Shown piece after piece: positions 42,839 to 54,084 of a stretch of 64,000 nt of DNA. Under the pieces are notes generated by a model. It saw only the letters and a program-made list of their open reading frames with translations. It did not search any database and was not told where the DNA came from. A program made the position numbers and the translations under genes. This stretch comes from an uncultured Gemmatimonadales bacterium (GTDB lineage Bacteria; Gemmatimonadota; Gemmatimonadetes; Gemmatimonadales; GWC2-71-9), in assembly GCA_963748815.1 (NCBI GenBank), contig CAVVKJ010000010.1, positions 736,001 to 800,000 of the forward strand, read 5' to 3'. The first letter of the stretch is position 1; every line of letters starts with the position of its first letter.

Positions 42839-44083
42839 ATGCCCTACCGTGAAGCCCTCCGCCTCGCCCTCCAGTCGATCCTCGGCAGCAAGTTGCGGTC
42901 GTTTTTCACCCTGCTCGGGATCATCGTCTCGGTGGGCTTCCTGGTGGCGGTCGTGGCCATCATCCAGGGGATGAACGCGTACGTCAAGGAGAACATCACT
43001 GGCGCGGTCATCGGCACCAACGCCTTCCAGGTCCGCCGGACGCCGGTCTCGGTCGGCCTGATGGACGACGAAGAGGTCCGGGCCATCGCCAAGCGGCCAC
43101 TGGTCACCACCGATGACGCCGAGGTGGTACGGCGCGCCCTCCCGGACGCCGAGGCGGTCGCCTTCCAGTCGGGCTGGCCCACACCCACGAGCGACCTCAC
43201 CTACCGCAACCAGCGGATCGGCGACGTGCTGGTCTTCGGGATCACCCCGGCCTACCAGATCGTGCGCGACTACGTCTTCGCCGCCGGCCAGCCGATGACC
43301 GACCCCGACGTCGAGGGGCGGCGGATGGTGGCGATCGTGGGCTTCGACGTGGCCGACAAGCTGTTCGGCGACGCGCAGAAGGCGGTCGGCAAGTCGATTC
43401 GCATTGCCGGGCGGGAATTCACCATCAAGGGGGTCGTCGCCAAGAAGGGGAAGGTGCTGGGCCAGTCGTTCGACGGCTTCGCCCTGGTGCCCTATTCCAC
43501 CTTCGAGTCGATCTACGGGCGCCGCAAGACGACCGTGGTCTCGGTCAAGATGCGCGACGCGGAGGAGGTGGAGCCGGCCATGGCCCGCGCGCAGGAGGCC
43601 ATGCGGCTCGCCCACCGGCTCCGTCCCAACGAGCCCGACGACTTTACCGTCGACAAGGCCGATGCGCTCGTCGCCTTCTGGAAGAGCCTGACCCGGATTC
43701 TCTTCACCATCATTCCCGCCGTGGTCTGCATCGGCATCGTGGTGGGTGGCATCGTGATCATGAATATCATGCTGATGACGGTCAACGAGCGGACCCGCGA
43801 AATCGGCGTCCGGAAGTCCCTCGGCGCGACGCGCCGCGACATCCAGCGCCAGTTTCTCGTCGAAGCCGCCACCCTCTCCTTCTTTGGAGGCATCCTCGGC
43901 GTCGTCGCGGGGTGGTCGCTGGCTTACCTGGTGTCGTCGTTCACCCCGCTGCCCGCGCGCGTGACCCTCTGGTCGGTGTCGGTGGCCCTGACGCTTGGCG
44001 TCGGCACCGGCCTGCTGTTCGGCGTCTACCCCGCCTCCCGCGCCGCGAAACTCGACCCGATCACCGCCCTCCGCGCCGAGTGA
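42839..44083 (+). CDS. MacB/FtsX-type ABC permease A2
   Basis: Intact [39 protein letters not shown]. Confidence 0.92.
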   Translation: MPYREALRLALQSILGSKLRSFFTLLGIIVSVGFLVAVVAIIQGMNAYVKENITGAVIGTNAFQVRRTPVSVGLMDDEEVRAIAKRPLVTTDDAEVVRRALPDAEAVAFQSGWPTPTSDLTYRNQRIGDVLVFGITPAYQIVRDYVFAAGQPMTDPDVEGRRMVAIVGFDVADKLFGDAQKAVGKSIRIAGREFTIKGVVAKKGKVLGQSFDGFALVPYSTFESIYGRRKTTVVSVKMRDAEEVEPAMARAQEAMRLAHRLRPNEPDDFTVDKADALVAFWKSLTRILFTIIPAVVCIGIVVGGIVIMNIMLMTVNERTREIGVRKSLGATRRDIQRQFLVEAATLSFFGGILGVVAGWSLAYLVSSFTPLPARVTLWSVSVALTLGVGTGLLFGVYPASRAAKLDPITALRAE

Positions 44084-44087
44084 CACG

Positions 44088-45329
44088 ATGATTCCCCTGA
44101 ACCGGGTGGGCGAGGGCGTGGTGATGGCGCTGGACGCCATGCGGGCCAACAAGCTCCGGTCCGCGCTCACGGTGCTGGGCGTGATCATCGGCGTGGCCAC
44201 GGTGATGACGATGGCGTCGATCGTCCAGGGGGTGCGGTCGCAGATCTTCAACGCCATCGAGGTGGCCGGCCCGACGACGTTCTACGTGATGCGGTACTTT
44301 TCCCAGACGCCCCTCAACCCGGACAACCTCCCCTACGAAGTGCGCATCCGGCCGGTGCTCCGGGAGAGCGACGCCGAGGCGATCCGGCAGGTACCGGAAA
44401 TCCAGTATGCCGGGATGTGGATCCAGGTGTTCGCACGGGTGGAGTACCAGGGAACCCAGACCCAGATGATCACGGTCTGGGCCGCGGATGACCACTACAT
44501 GGAGCTCCAGGGGGGCACACTCCTCCGCGGCCGCTTCTTCACCCGCGCCGAACTGACCGGTGAGCAGGTGATGGTCATCGAGGACAAGACCGCCGACCAC
44601 CTCTTCGGCCGCCTCGACCCGATGGGACAGACCGTCCGGGTGAACGGGGTCCCCTTCCGGATCATCGGCGTCTACCTCAAACCGGACAATATCTTCGAGC
44701 CGCCCGGTCAGGAGACCGCGGGCATCATTCCCTACCGCGCGGCGAAGTACAACCTGCGGTACGACGAAACCAACACGCTCTGGATTTCGGTCAAGGGCCG
44801 CCCCGACGTGAGCGTGGCCAAGGCCCAGGACCTGGTGACGGTGGCCCTCCGGCGCGAGCGCAAGCTGCGGCCCGGCGTGCCGAACACCTTCGACCTGATC
44901 ACCCAGGACCAGATTCTGGACATCATGGGCAGCCTGACCACCGCCTTTTTCGGCGTCATGGTGGCGCTCTCCGGCGTGGCGTTGCTGGTCGGCGGCATCG
45001 GTGTGATGGCCATCATGATGGTCTCCGTGACCGATCGCACGCGGGAAATCGGCCTCCGGAAGGCGCTGGGGGCCACCCGGCGGGAAATCCTGCTGCAGTT
45101 CCTGGTCGAGGCCGCCACCCTGACGCTGGTGGGCGGGCTCCTCGGCATCGTGGTGGGCCTGGGACTCGGCGAGGTGCTGAAGCACGTCCTCAACCTGGAG
45201 TCCTCGGTGCCCCTCTGGAGCGCCATCCTGGCCACGGCCGTGTCGGTGGGCATCGGACTGGGGTTCGGGCTCTACCCGGCCAACCGGGCGGCCGCCATGG
45301 ACCCCATCGAGGCGCTGCGGCATGAATAG
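44088..45329 (+). CDS. MacB/FtsX-type ABC permease B2
   Basis: Intact ORF; NKLRSALTVLG, SVTDRTREIG, MDPIEALRHE. Confidence 0.92.
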   Translation: MIPLNRVGEGVVMALDAMRANKLRSALTVLGVIIGVATVMTMASIVQGVRSQIFNAIEVAGPTTFYVMRYFSQTPLNPDNLPYEVRIRPVLRESDAEAIRQVPEIQYAGMWIQVFARVEYQGTQTQMITVWAADDHYMELQGGTLLRGRFFTRAELTGEQVMVIEDKTADHLFGRLDPMGQTVRVNGVPFRIIGVYLKPDNIFEPPGQETAGIIPYRAAKYNLRYDETNTLWISVKGRPDVSVAKAQDLVTVALRRERKLRPGVPNTFDLITQDQILDIMGSLTTAFFGVMVALSGVALLVGGIGVMAIMMVSVTDRTREIGLRKALGATRREILLQFLVEAATLTLVGGLLGIVVGLGLGEVLKHVLNLESSVPLWSAILATAVSVGIGLGFGLYPANRAAAMDPIEALRHE

Positions 45330-45369
45330 GCGGGGAGGCGGGAACGCGGGGAAGCGGGGAAGCGGAGAG
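45330..45369. repeat. Five degenerate GCGGGGAA 8-mers
   Basis: gcggggag gcgggaac gcggggaa gcggggaa gcggagag. Confidence 0.75.
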
Positions 45370-45395
45370 GCTGGCGGCGGGCTAAATTGCTTCGC

Positions 45396-46112
45396 ATGAG
45401 CGTTGACATCCTGGCCATCGCGGCCCATCGCGACGACGTCGAACTGACCTGCGCCGGCACCCTGCTCCGCTCCATCGACCAGGGCCATTCGGCCGGCATT
45501 CTCGACCTGACCGCCGGCGAGAGCGGCACCCTGGGCAGCGCCGACCTCCGGGCCGCCGAAGCCGAGGCGGCGGCGAAGATTCTCGGGGTGGCGGAGCGCC
45601 GAAACGCCGGCCTCCCCGACGCCCACCTCCAGAATTCCGAGGAAGCACGCCGGGTGGTGGTCGCGGCCATCCGGCACTTCCGCCCCCGGATCGTGATCCT
45701 CCCCTTCCCCATCGGCCGCCATCCCGATCACCGGATCGCCGCCGAGCTGTCCCGCGACGCCTGCTTCCTGGCCGGCCTCGGCAAGTACGACGCGCCAGGG
45801 GAGCCGCACCGCCCACACAAGATCTTGTACGCGCTGAGCTATCGCGAGGATCCGGTCAAGCCGACCTTCGTGGTGGACATCAGCGCGCAATTCGAGCGCA
45901 AGCTCGCCGCCATCCGCTGCTACGCGAGCCAGTTCGACGGCGCCAAGGCCGCCGGCGAAATCTTTCCCACAGGGCAGGATCTCTACTCGCTGGTCGAGAC
46001 CCAGAACGCCCACTACGGCTCCCTCATCCGGACGCGCTACGGCGAGCCGTACTTCACCCAGGAAACGGTCCGCATCGACGACGTGGTCGCGCTCCACGTC
46101 GCCAGCATGTAG
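45396..46112 (+). CDS. bshB1: Bacillithiol biosynthesis deacetylase BshB1 (PIG-L family)
   Basis: AHRDDVELTCAGT, DLTAGESGTLGS, RHPDH, SQF. Confidence 0.85.
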   Translation: MSVDILAIAAHRDDVELTCAGTLLRSIDQGHSAGILDLTAGESGTLGSADLRAAEAEAAAKILGVAERRNAGLPDAHLQNSEEARRVVVAAIRHFRPRIVILPFPIGRHPDHRIAAELSRDACFLAGLGKYDAPGEPHRPHKILYALSYREDPVKPTFVVDISAQFERKLAAIRCYASQFDGAKAAGEIFPTGQDLYSLVETQNAHYGSLIRTRYGEPYFTQETVRIDDVVALHVASM

Positions 46113-46126
46113 GTATCTTTCCGCCC

Positions 46127-47305
46127 ATGTCGCATCCCCCGGTCTACCTCGACCACGCCGCCACGACGCCCGTGCGCGCCGAGGTGCTCGAGGCGATGCT
46201 CCCCTACCTGGGGAGCGCCGCCTTCGGGAACCCCTCGAGTTCCCACCGTTTCGGGCGCACCGCGCGCGCCGGGATCGAGGAGGCGCGCCGCCAGGTGGCC
46301 GCGGCCGTCGGGGCCGAGCCGAGCCAGGTCATCTTCACCTCCGGCGGGACGGAGGCGGACAACCTGGCTGTCGTCGGCGCCTCGCTCGCGGCCGGGGCGG
46401 CCGGCCAGCCGATGCATGCAGCCGTATGCGCCACTGACCACAAGGCGGTGCTCGCGGCCGCCCATGCGGTGACGCGGCTCGGCGGCTCCGAGACCGTCCT
46501 CCCGGTGGACGGTCACGGGCTCCTCGACCTGGCCGCGCTCGACGCGGCGCTCGCCACGAAGCCGGCCGTCGTCTCGGTGATGTGGGTCAACAACGAGGTG
46601 GGCACGATCCAGCCGGTGGAGGAGATCGGCCGGCGGTGCCGCGCCGCCGGCGCGATGTTTCACACCGACGCGGTGCAGGCCTTCGGGCAGCTGCCCGTCT
46701 CGTGCGACGCGGCCGACGCCACGCTGCTCACGCTGTCGGGCCACAAGATCGGCGCGCCGAAGGGCGTTGGCGCGCTCATCGTGCGGAGCCGCGCCGCGGT
46801 GGAGGCCATCATTCACGGCGGGAGCCAGCAGTTCGGGCTCCGCCCCGGGACCGAGAATGTGCCCGGCTCGGTGGCGCTGGGGCGGGCCGCCGAGCTCGCC
46901 AGCGCCGAGCAGGCGGCCAAGGCCAGCCGCCTCGGCAAGCTCCGCGACGAGCTCGCCGCCCGGATTCGCGCCGCCATCCCCGACGCGATCTGGATCGCCG
47001 AGGCGGCGCCCCGCGCGCCGCACGTGCTGAGCGTGGCCATCCCCGGTGCGGACGCCGAGGCGATGCTCATGCACCTCGACCTGCAGGGGGTGGCGGCCTC
47101 GGGCGGCTCCGCGTGCAACACCGGCGCCGCCGAGCCGTCGCACGTGCTCACGGCGATGGCGGTGCCGCGCGAGCTGGCGCTCTGCACGGTGCGCTTCTCG
47201 ATGGGGCGGGAAACCACGCAGGCCGACGTCGATCGGGCGGCCGAGGTGCTGCCGACGGTGGTGGCCAAGGTGCGGAAGCTGGCGGGGGTGCTGGGTCGTG
47301 CCTGA
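46127..47305 (+). CDS. Cysteine desulfurase (IscS/NifS-like)
   Basis: [25 protein letters not shown]. Confidence 0.92.
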   Translation: MSHPPVYLDHAATTPVRAEVLEAMLPYLGSAAFGNPSSSHRFGRTARAGIEEARRQVAAAVGAEPSQVIFTSGGTEADNLAVVGASLAAGAAGQPMHAAVCATDHKAVLAAAHAVTRLGGSETVLPVDGHGLLDLAALDAALATKPAVVSVMWVNNEVGTIQPVEEIGRRCRAAGAMFHTDAVQAFGQLPVSCDAADATLLTLSGHKIGAPKGVGALIVRSRAAVEAIIHGGSQQFGLRPGTENVPGSVALGRAAELASAEQAAKASRLGKLRDELAARIRAAIPDAIWIAEAAPRAPHVLSVAIPGADAEAMLMHLDLQGVAASGGSACNTGAAEPSHVLTAMAVPRELALCTVRFSMGRETTQADVDRAAEVLPTVVAKVRKLAGVLGRA

Positions 47306-48356
47306 GCGGGTGCTGGTGGCGATGTCGGGCGGCGTGGACAGCTCGGTGGCCGCGGCGCTGCTCGTCGAGCAGGGCTACGACGTCGTCGGCGCGACGATGA
47401 AGCTCTTCTGCTACGGTGACTCGGTGCCCGACCGCCCCTGCTGCTCGCTCGATTCCATCAACGACGCGCGCGACGTGGCCGCCACGCTCGGCATCCCGCA
47501 CTATGTGCTCAACCTCGAAGACCGCTTTTCGCTGCACGTCATCCAGAACTTCGTCTCGGAATACAGCCGGGGGCGGACGCCGATTCCGTGCGTGCGCTGC
47601 AACTCGTTCACCAAGTTTCGCGACCTCCTGGCCCACGCCGACGCCCTCGATTGCGCCTACATCGCGACCGGCCACTACGCCGTGGCGCGCGACGGGGCGC
47701 TCTACCGGGGCGAGGATGCCAACAAGGACCAGAGCTATTTCCTCTGGGGCATCGACCGGGCCGTGGTGGCGCGCATGCTGACGCCGGTGGGGAGTTCCAC
47801 GAAGGACGCGACCCGGGCGCTCGCCCGGCGCCTCGGGCTGGCCACCGCGGACAAGCCGGAGTCGGTGGAGATCTGCTTCGTGCCGGACGACGACTACGTC
47901 GGCGTGCTCGAGCAGCACCTGCCGGCCGACGCCCCCGCCCTCACCCCCGGCCCGCTGACCACCGTCACCGGCGAGGTCATCGGCGAGCATGAGGGGTTCG
48001 CCCGGTACACCGTCGGGCAGCGGCGCGGCCTGCCGGGGGGATTTGCCGAGCCGATGTACGTGGTGGCCATCCGGCCCGAGCGGCGGGAGGTCGTCATCGG
48101 CCCGGAGGAGGCGCTGGCCGGCCACCGGCTCACGCTGGACGAGGTGAACTGGCTGGCGCCGCCGCTCGCGGTGGGCGACCGCTGCGCCGTGCAGATCCGG
48201 TATCGCGCCCGCGCCATCCCGGCCACGGTCACCGCGCGAAGCGACGACGCGCTCTCGCTGCTCCTCGAGACGCCCGGACGCGCCATTTCGCCGGGGCAGT
48301 CGGGCGTGCTCTATGCCGCCGACGACCGCGTCCTCGGCGGGGGAGTGATTCAGTGA
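47298..48356 (+). CDS. mnmA: tRNA 2-thiouridylase MnmA
   Basis: [46 protein letters not shown]. Confidence 0.95.
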   Translation: MPERVLVAMSGGVDSSVAAALLVEQGYDVVGATMKLFCYGDSVPDRPCCSLDSINDARDVAATLGIPHYVLNLEDRFSLHVIQNFVSEYSRGRTPIPCVRCNSFTKFRDLLAHADALDCAYIATGHYAVARDGALYRGEDANKDQSYFLWGIDRAVVARMLTPVGSSTKDATRALARRLGLATADKPESVEICFVPDDDYVGVLEQHLPADAPALTPGPLTTVTGEVIGEHEGFARYTVGQRRGLPGGFAEPMYVVAIRPERREVVIGPEEALAGHRLTLDEVNWLAPPLAVGDRCAVQIRYRARAIPATVTARSDDALSLLLETPGRAISPGQSGVLYAADDRVLGGGVIQ

Positions 48357-50389
48357 ACCGGATCGCTCGACGGTTGGCCCTCGCGGCCGCCCTCGCGGTC
48401 GGCGCCAGCGACGTCCGCGCCCAGGCCGCCCAGGCGCCGATGACCATCGAGCAGTTCCTGGAAGTGCGCGCCGTCTCCGACCCCCAGCCCTCGCCGGACG
48501 GGCGGCTCCTGGCTTTCACCGTGTCCACGCCGTCGCTGGAGGAGGACCGCAACCGCAGCCGCATCTGGCTGGCGGACCTCGGTTCCGGCGAGACGTGGGA
48601 GGCGACGTCGGGCTCCGGGAGCGAGCGGTCGCCGCGGTGGTCGGCGGACGGGCGGACGCTGTCGTACATCTCCACCCGGGAGGGGGGCTCCCAGATCTGG
48701 CGCCTCCCGATTCGCGGCGGTGAACCGACGCGACTCTCCTTTGTGCCGGGCGGCATTTCCGAGTTCTGGGTATCGCCAGGCGGCAAGGCGATGTTCTACG
48801 TGAAGGATGTCGCCTGGCCGGCGCCCCAGGAGATCGACCGCCGGAACGGTCCCTACCCCACCGAGGCGAAGCTCTGGACGGACCTCTTCTATCGGCACTG
48901 GAACGAGTGGCGGGTGGGGTTGCGGCAGCACCTCTTCCGTCTCGAGCCGGGCGACTCCATCGGGACCGACATCACCACCTACGACCGGGACGTGCCGACG
49001 CTGGCCCTCGGCGGCGTCGGCGTGGCGCTGTCGCAGTTCGGCACCGAGGTGGCGGTGGTCTACAATCCCGACTCGTCGCTCGCCACCAGCACCAACAACG
49101 ACATCTTCGTGATGGGGCCCGACGGGAGCGGCCGGCAGGCCATCACGACCAATCCCGCGAACGACAACTCGCCGGCCTACTCTCCCGACAGCCGCTACGT
49201 GGCCTACCTGGCCATGACGGTGCCCGGGTTCGAGGCCGACCGGCAGCAGGTGATGATCTACGAGCGGGCCACCGGCCGCCGGCGGGCGCTGACCTCCGAG
49301 TGGATGTTGTCGGTGGACGCCATCACCTGGACGCCGGACTCGCGGGCGCTGATCGCCGAGGTGCCCGAGCGCGGCGGGGTGTCGCTGTATCGCATCGATG
49401 TGGCCAGCGGCCGGCGGTCGCTCCTCGTCTCGGGGGGGGTCAACCGCGCCGCGCGCGTTCCCCCGCGAGGCGATGACATGGTCTTCCTGCGGAGCACCGC
49501 CGAGCGCCCGGCTGAGGTCTGGGCGGCCAACTGGACCACCGGCGCCGGCCTCAGGCAGGTCACCGCGCTGAACGACGAATGGCGCAGCGGCGTGGCACTC
49601 ACCCCGCTGGAACCGTTCGGCTTCGTGGGCGCACTGGGCGACTCGGTCTTCGGCTGGCTCATGAAGCCCCCGGGCTTCGACCCGTCGAAACAATACCCGC
49701 TGGTCTACCTGATCCACGGCGGCCCGCAGTCGGCGTGGAGCGACGAGTGGCACCCGCGCTGGAACTACGCGATGTTCGCCGCGCGGGGCTACGTGGTGGC
49801 CGCCGTGAATTTTCACGGCAGCACGGGGTACGGGCAGGCGTTCACCAACAGCATCTCGCTGCACTGGGGCGACTACCCCTACGACGACCTGATGCAGGGC
49901 CTCGACGTGGTCTCGGCCTACCCGTGGGTGGACGGCAGCCGGGTGGGCGCGGCCGGCGCCTCGTACGGCGGGTACATGATCTACTGGATGGCGGGGCAGA
50001 CCAACCGCTTCCGCACCCTCGTGGCGCACGACGGGATCTTCAACCCGCTCAGCTTCACGGGATCCACCGAGGAGCTCTGGTTCCCCATCCACGAATTCGG
50101 CGGCACCCCGCTGATGCCCTCCGCCCGCGCCACGATGGAGAAGTGGTCGCCCGCCAATTATACGGCGCGGTGGCAGACGCCGATGCTGATCGTGCACGGT
50201 CAGGAGGACTACCGGGTGGACGTCTCCGAGGGATTCCAGGCGTACACGGCGCTGCGCCTCCGGGGCCTGCCGGGCAAGTTCCTCTACTTCCCGAACGAGG
50301 GGCATTTTGTCCTCCGTCCGAGGGACCGGCGCCTCTGGTGGGGAACGGTGCTCGACTGGCTGGATGCGTCGCTCCGCCCGACTCCGTAG
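48353..50389 (+). CDS. S9 family peptidase
   Basis: Signal peptide, beta-propeller repeats, IHGGP, GASYGGY, DYRV, EGH. Confidence 0.93.
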   Translation: MNRIARRLALAAALAVGASDVRAQAAQAPMTIEQFLEVRAVSDPQPSPDGRLLAFTVSTPSLEEDRNRSRIWLADLGSGETWEATSGSGSERSPRWSADGRTLSYISTREGGSQIWRLPIRGGEPTRLSFVPGGISEFWVSPGGKAMFYVKDVAWPAPQEIDRRNGPYPTEAKLWTDLFYRHWNEWRVGLRQHLFRLEPGDSIGTDITTYDRDVPTLALGGVGVALSQFGTEVAVVYNPDSSLATSTNNDIFVMGPDGSGRQAITTNPANDNSPAYSPDSRYVAYLAMTVPGFEADRQQVMIYERATGRRRALTSEWMLSVDAITWTPDSRALIAEVPERGGVSLYRIDVASGRRSLLVSGGVNRAARVPPRGDDMVFLRSTAERPAEVWAANWTTGAGLRQVTALNDEWRSGVALTPLEPFGFVGALGDSVFGWLMKPPGFDPSKQYPLVYLIHGGPQSAWSDEWHPRWNYAMFAARGYVVAAVNFHGSTGYGQAFTNSISLHWGDYPYDDLMQGLDVVSAYPWVDGSRVGAAGASYGGYMIYWMAGQTNRFRTLVAHDGIFNPLSFTGSTEELWFPIHEFGGTPLMPSARATMEKWSPANYTARWQTPMLIVHGQEDYRVDVSEGFQAYTALRLRGLPGKFLYFPNEGHFVLRPRDRRLWWGTVLDWLDASLRPTP

Positions 50390-50419
50390 CCCCGCCTCCC
50401 CGTTTCCTGCCGAGGACGC

Positions 50420-50797
50420 ATGAAATCCTTCCTGATCCGGTGGATGATCAACACCATCGCGCTCTCCGCGGCGGTCCAGGTCATCCCCGGCATTCACTTC
50501 ACCGATGGCCCGATCCAGCTGCTCGCGGTGGCGCTCGTCTTCGGCGTGGTCAACGCCGTCCTCCGCCCGATCCTCACGCTGCTGTCGTGCCCGCTGGTCC
50601 TGTTGACGCTGGGGCTCTTCACCCTCGTGATCAACGGTGTAATGCTGATGCTCACCGCCAGGCTGGCGGCCATCTGGGACCTGGGGTTCAGCGTCGAGGG
50701 TTTCTGGCCCGCCTTCTGGGGCGGCCTGGTGGTCGGACTCGTGAGCCTGGCGCTCGCGTTGCTGGTGAGTGGCGACCAGCGGCCGGGTCCGGGATGA
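50420..50797 (+). CDS. YvlD-like 4-TM membrane protein (phage holin family annotation)
   Basis: NAVLRPIL..LTLGLFTLVING, GFWPAFWG. Confidence 0.88.
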   Translation: MKSFLIRWMINTIALSAAVQVIPGIHFTDGPIQLLAVALVFGVVNAVLRPILTLLSCPLVLLTLGLFTLVINGVMLMLTARLAAIWDLGFSVEGFWPAFWGGLVVGLVSLALALLVSGDQRPGPG

Positions 50798-50828
50798 CCC
50801 CGGATTTGCCTGCGGGGGCGCGGACGAC

Positions 50829-50855
50829 TTAACACCTCGGGGAGGTCGTCGTCTA
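50829..50855 (+). promoter_or_regulatory. Putative ECF-sigma promoter
   Basis: TTAAC-N16-CGTCTA upstream of the lipoprotein gene. Confidence 0.4.
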
Positions 50856-50902
50856 TGGGGCGTAGTACCCATCCGACCCGACCAACCTGAGGAGCTCGAC
50901 TC

Positions 50903-51811
50903 ATGCGACTTCATACCACCGCGTTCCTGGTGGCCGCGGCCCTGGCCGCGACCGCCTGCAGCGACGAACCGACCGGCGGCTCCAGCGAGGAAGCCGCGGT
51001 CCAGCAGGCCTATCTCGACGTCGACGCCGGCTACTTCGACGAGAACCCCGGCGGAGACGACCTCTTCGCCACCCCCCTCCTCACGGCATCCTCGACGCTG
51101 TTCTCCGCGCCGGGCGACCCCTACGTCGCGCCGGAGCGCTGGGGCCGCCGCCGGGCCCAGGAGCTGCCGAGCCGCGACCGCACGGTCGTCATCGAGGGCG
51201 ATACCGCCCGGGTGTCGGTGGCGGTACGCTTCCGGGGCCGCTTCCTGGTGGACACGACGTTCGACGGCGTCGCGAATCCCGGCGCCAAGCGGATGCACGA
51301 GACGTTGCGACACCGCGCCGTGTTCGTCCGGGACGAGACCGCACCCCGCGGCTGGCGGCTGATCGCGATGACCATCGGCAACATCGTCGACACCGACCCT
51401 GCGAAGCGGACGGTGGAGATCACCGCCATGGCGGTCACAGTCAACGGGGAATCCGCCAGGGAAATCACCGACCCCAACCAGCTCGTCCGGGTAAATGGCG
51501 GCGTGCCCGAACTTCGGGTCGGCGACAGCGTCGAGGTGACCGTCCGGGTCCGAAACGCCACCGGGACCGACCTCGCGCCGCCGACGCAGCTCTTCCTCCA
51601 CGTGCGGCATCACCGGGCGGACCAGGATCGCTGGGCACGCATCCAGATGCGACCCAACGAGGACGGGAGCTGGAGCATCGGGTGGACAGTGCGGCGCGCA
51701 GGCATCGCCCGGATGGCGGTCGACGCGATCGATTCCGAGGCGCTGCAGACCCAGTCCGGAGACAATTACCGGGCGAACATCTGGGCCTTCCCGTATCGCG
51801 CCATTCCGTAG
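50903..51811 (+). CDS. Hypothetical lipoprotein
   Basis: Lipobox ATAC; SD GAGGAG; followed by a terminator hairpin. Confidence 0.75.
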   Translation: MRLHTTAFLVAAALAATACSDEPTGGSSEEAAVQQAYLDVDAGYFDENPGGDDLFATPLLTASSTLFSAPGDPYVAPERWGRRRAQELPSRDRTVVIEGDTARVSVAVRFRGRFLVDTTFDGVANPGAKRMHETLRHRAVFVRDETAPRGWRLIAMTIGNIVDTDPAKRTVEITAMAVTVNGESAREITDPNQLVRVNGGVPELRVGDSVEVTVRVRNATGTDLAPPTQLFLHVRHHRADQDRWARIQMRPNEDGSWSIGWTVRRAGIARMAVDAIDSEALQTQSGDNYRANIWAFPYRAIP

Positions 51812-51830
51812 ACCCGACTCCACACACGAC

Positions 51831-51874
51831 GAACGCCGGCCCGGGGACGCTTCCCCGGGCCGGCGTTCCTGTTT
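51831..51874 (+). terminator. Rho-independent terminator
   Basis: 17-bp stem GAACGCCGGCCCGGGGA / TCCCCGGGCCGGCGTTC followed by CTGTTT. Confidence 0.8.
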
Positions 51875-51954
51875 CTAACGTCATTTATTGCAATATGTTA
51901 CACGTTCGTGACAGAGCTTCCGGAGACCGCTCCACGGCGGTACATTCCACGGCG

Positions 51955-54057
51955 ATGACCTCCCCGACCGCAATCCCAACGGGCGCCACGAAGCCCGATC
52001 TCCACCACGCCGGGCTCTATTTCAATCGGGAGCTCTCCTGGCTGGAGTTCAATCGGCGCGTCCTGCACGAGGCGCAGGATCGGCGGACGCCGCTGCTCGA
52101 GCGGCTCAAGTTCCTCGCGATCTTCGCGGGCAACCTCGACGAGTTCTTCCAGGTCCGCGTGGCCGGGCTTCGACGGCAGGTGGACGCCGGCTACAGCGAG
52201 CGCACGGCGGACGGCCTCACGCCGGATGAACAGTTGCGGACCATCGCCCGACAGGCCCGCGGCATGGTGGAAGCCCAGTACCGGTGCCTGCTCGAAGAGG
52301 TCGTCCCCGAACTCGCCCGGGCCGGCGTGCACCTGCTGCTGGATCTTGCCGAGGCGACGGCGGACGACCGCGTCCACCTGGAGGAGTACTTTCGCCGGAA
52401 CGTGTTCCCCGTCCTGACCCCGCTCGCGGTGGATCCGGCGCACCCCTTCCCGTACATCTCGAACCTGAGCATCTCGATCGCCGTCTTCCTCCGGGGGGCC
52501 GACGGCGAGGAGCGTTTTGCGCGGGTCAAGGTGCCGAAGATCCTGCCACGCTGGGTGGCGCTGCCGGGCACCCATCGGTACCTCCCGCTCGAACAACTGA
52601 TCGGCGCCCATCTCGAGGCGCTCTTCCCCGGCGTGGAGATCCTCAGCTGGCACTCCTTCCGGATCACCCGGAACACCGACCTCCAGATCGACCACGACGA
52701 GGCGGAGGACCTGCTGAGCCTGATCCAGGAGGAGGTCCGGAACCGGCGGTTCGCGGAGGTGTCTCGCCTGGAAGTCGGCGTCGGCACGCCGGTGGCGTTG
52801 CGCCAGCTGCTGCTGGCTGAATTCAACGCGTCGCAGGAGGAGGGGATCGACCTCACCCTCGAGGACGTCTACGAGGTGCCGGGGCTGCTGGACTGCACCG
52901 ACCTGATGACGCTGGCCACACTCGACCTGCCGGAGTTGCGGGATCCGCCGTTCCTCCCCGTCACGCCCCCGCGCCTCGCGTCGGGCCGGAGCGTCTTTGA
53001 CGTGATCCGGGAAGGCGACCTCCTGCTGCACCACCCGTACGACAGCTTCCAGACCTCGGTGGAGCGCTTTCTCCAGCAGGCGACCGACGACCCGGACGTG
53101 CTGGCCATCAAGCTGACACTCTACCGGACCGGCGGCGACTCGAGCATTGCGCGCCTCCTGGCGCACGCCGCCGAGCGGGGCAAGCAGGTGGCGGTGCTGA
53201 TCGAGCTCCAGGCCCGGTTCGACGAGGAGAGCAACATCATCTGGGCGCAGCGGCTCGAGGACGTCGGCGTGCACGTCAGCTACGGGGTCTCGGGGCTCAA
53301 GACCCACACCAAGATCATGCTCGTGGTCCGCCGCGAGGGGAACGAAATCCGGCGCTACGTGCACATCGGCACCGGGAACTACAATCCCCGCACCGCCCGG
53401 CTCTACACCGATTTCGGCCTCTTCTCGAGCGACCCCGCCCTGGGCGAGGACCTGACCGACCTCTTCAACGAACTCACCGGGTTCGGGGTGACGGAGCGGT
53501 TCCGCAAACTGCTCGTGGCACCGCGCACGATGCGGGAGCGGTTCGTGGAGATGATCCGCCGCGAGTGCGAGCACGCCGGCGCGGGCCGGCCCGCGCGCAT
53601 CGTGGCCAAGATGAACGCCCTGGTCGACCCGGGGATGATCCACGAGCTCTACGAGGCGTCGCGGGCGGGGGTGCAGGTGCACCTCATCGTACGCGGCATC
53701 TGCTGCCTGCGGCCCGGCGTGCCCGGCGTGAGCGACAACATCCGGGTCGTGAGCATCGTCGGACGGTTCCTCGAGCACAGCCGCGCGTTCTGGTTCCAGA
53801 ATGGCGGGGCGGACGAGGTGTACATCGGCTCGGCCGACTGGATGCCGCGCAACCTCGACCGGCGGGTGGAGGCCGTGGCGCCGATCGAGGATCCGCACCA
53901 CCGGCGGGCGATGCGCGACGTGCTCGAATTGATGTGGGAAGACAATCGCCAGGCGTGGGATCTCCTGCCCGACGGCACCTACGTGCAGCGCCAGCCGCCC
54001 TCCCCGGACGAAGAGCGGGCCACGCACAAGCGACTGCTGGAGCAGGCTGCGCGGTGA
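51955..54057 (+). CDS. ppk1: Polyphosphate kinase 1
   Basis: YFNRELSWLEFNRRVL, LHHPYDSF, KTHTK, GRFLEHSR, SADWMPRNLDRRVE. Confidence 0.96.
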   Translation: MTSPTAIPTGATKPDLHHAGLYFNRELSWLEFNRRVLHEAQDRRTPLLERLKFLAIFAGNLDEFFQVRVAGLRRQVDAGYSERTADGLTPDEQLRTIARQARGMVEAQYRCLLEEVVPELARAGVHLLLDLAEATADDRVHLEEYFRRNVFPVLTPLAVDPAHPFPYISNLSISIAVFLRGADGEERFARVKVPKILPRWVALPGTHRYLPLEQLIGAHLEALFPGVEILSWHSFRITRNTDLQIDHDEAEDLLSLIQEEVRNRRFAEVSRLEVGVGTPVALRQLLLAEFNASQEEGIDLTLEDVYEVPGLLDCTDLMTLATLDLPELRDPPFLPVTPPRLASGRSVFDVIREGDLLLHHPYDSFQTSVERFLQQATDDPDVLAIKLTLYRTGGDSSIARLLAHAAERGKQVAVLIELQARFDEESNIIWAQRLEDVGVHVSYGVSGLKTHTKIMLVVRREGNEIRRYVHIGTGNYNPRTARLYTDFGLFSSDPALGEDLTDLFNELTGFGVTERFRKLLVAPRTMRERFVEMIRRECEHAGAGRPARIVAKMNALVDPGMIHELYEASRAGVQVHLIVRGICCLRPGVPGVSDNIRVVSIVGRFLEHSRAFWFQNGGADEVYIGSADWMPRNLDRRVEAVAPIEDPHHRRAMRDVLELMWEDNRQAWDLLPDGTYVQRQPPSPDEERATHKRLLEQAAR

Positions 54058-54063
54058 GAGCGC

Positions 54064-54084
54064 AGGACCGAGGACTGAGGACTT
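54064..54084. repeat. Heptamer repeat AGGACYG x3
   Basis: aggaccg aggactg aggactt between convergent ppk1 and dnaJ. Confidence 0.7.

Noticed and set aside
50420..50797. Prophage suggested by the holin-family gene
   Set aside because: YvlD-like genes are common chromosomal membrane genes; no endolysin, integrase or structural genes nearby
48350..51823. Long antisense ORFs (1157 aa here; also 7289-9157, 16512-18449, 51898-54027)
   Set aside because: Shadow ORFs expected from high-GC codon bias opposite well-supported genes; no recognisable motifs
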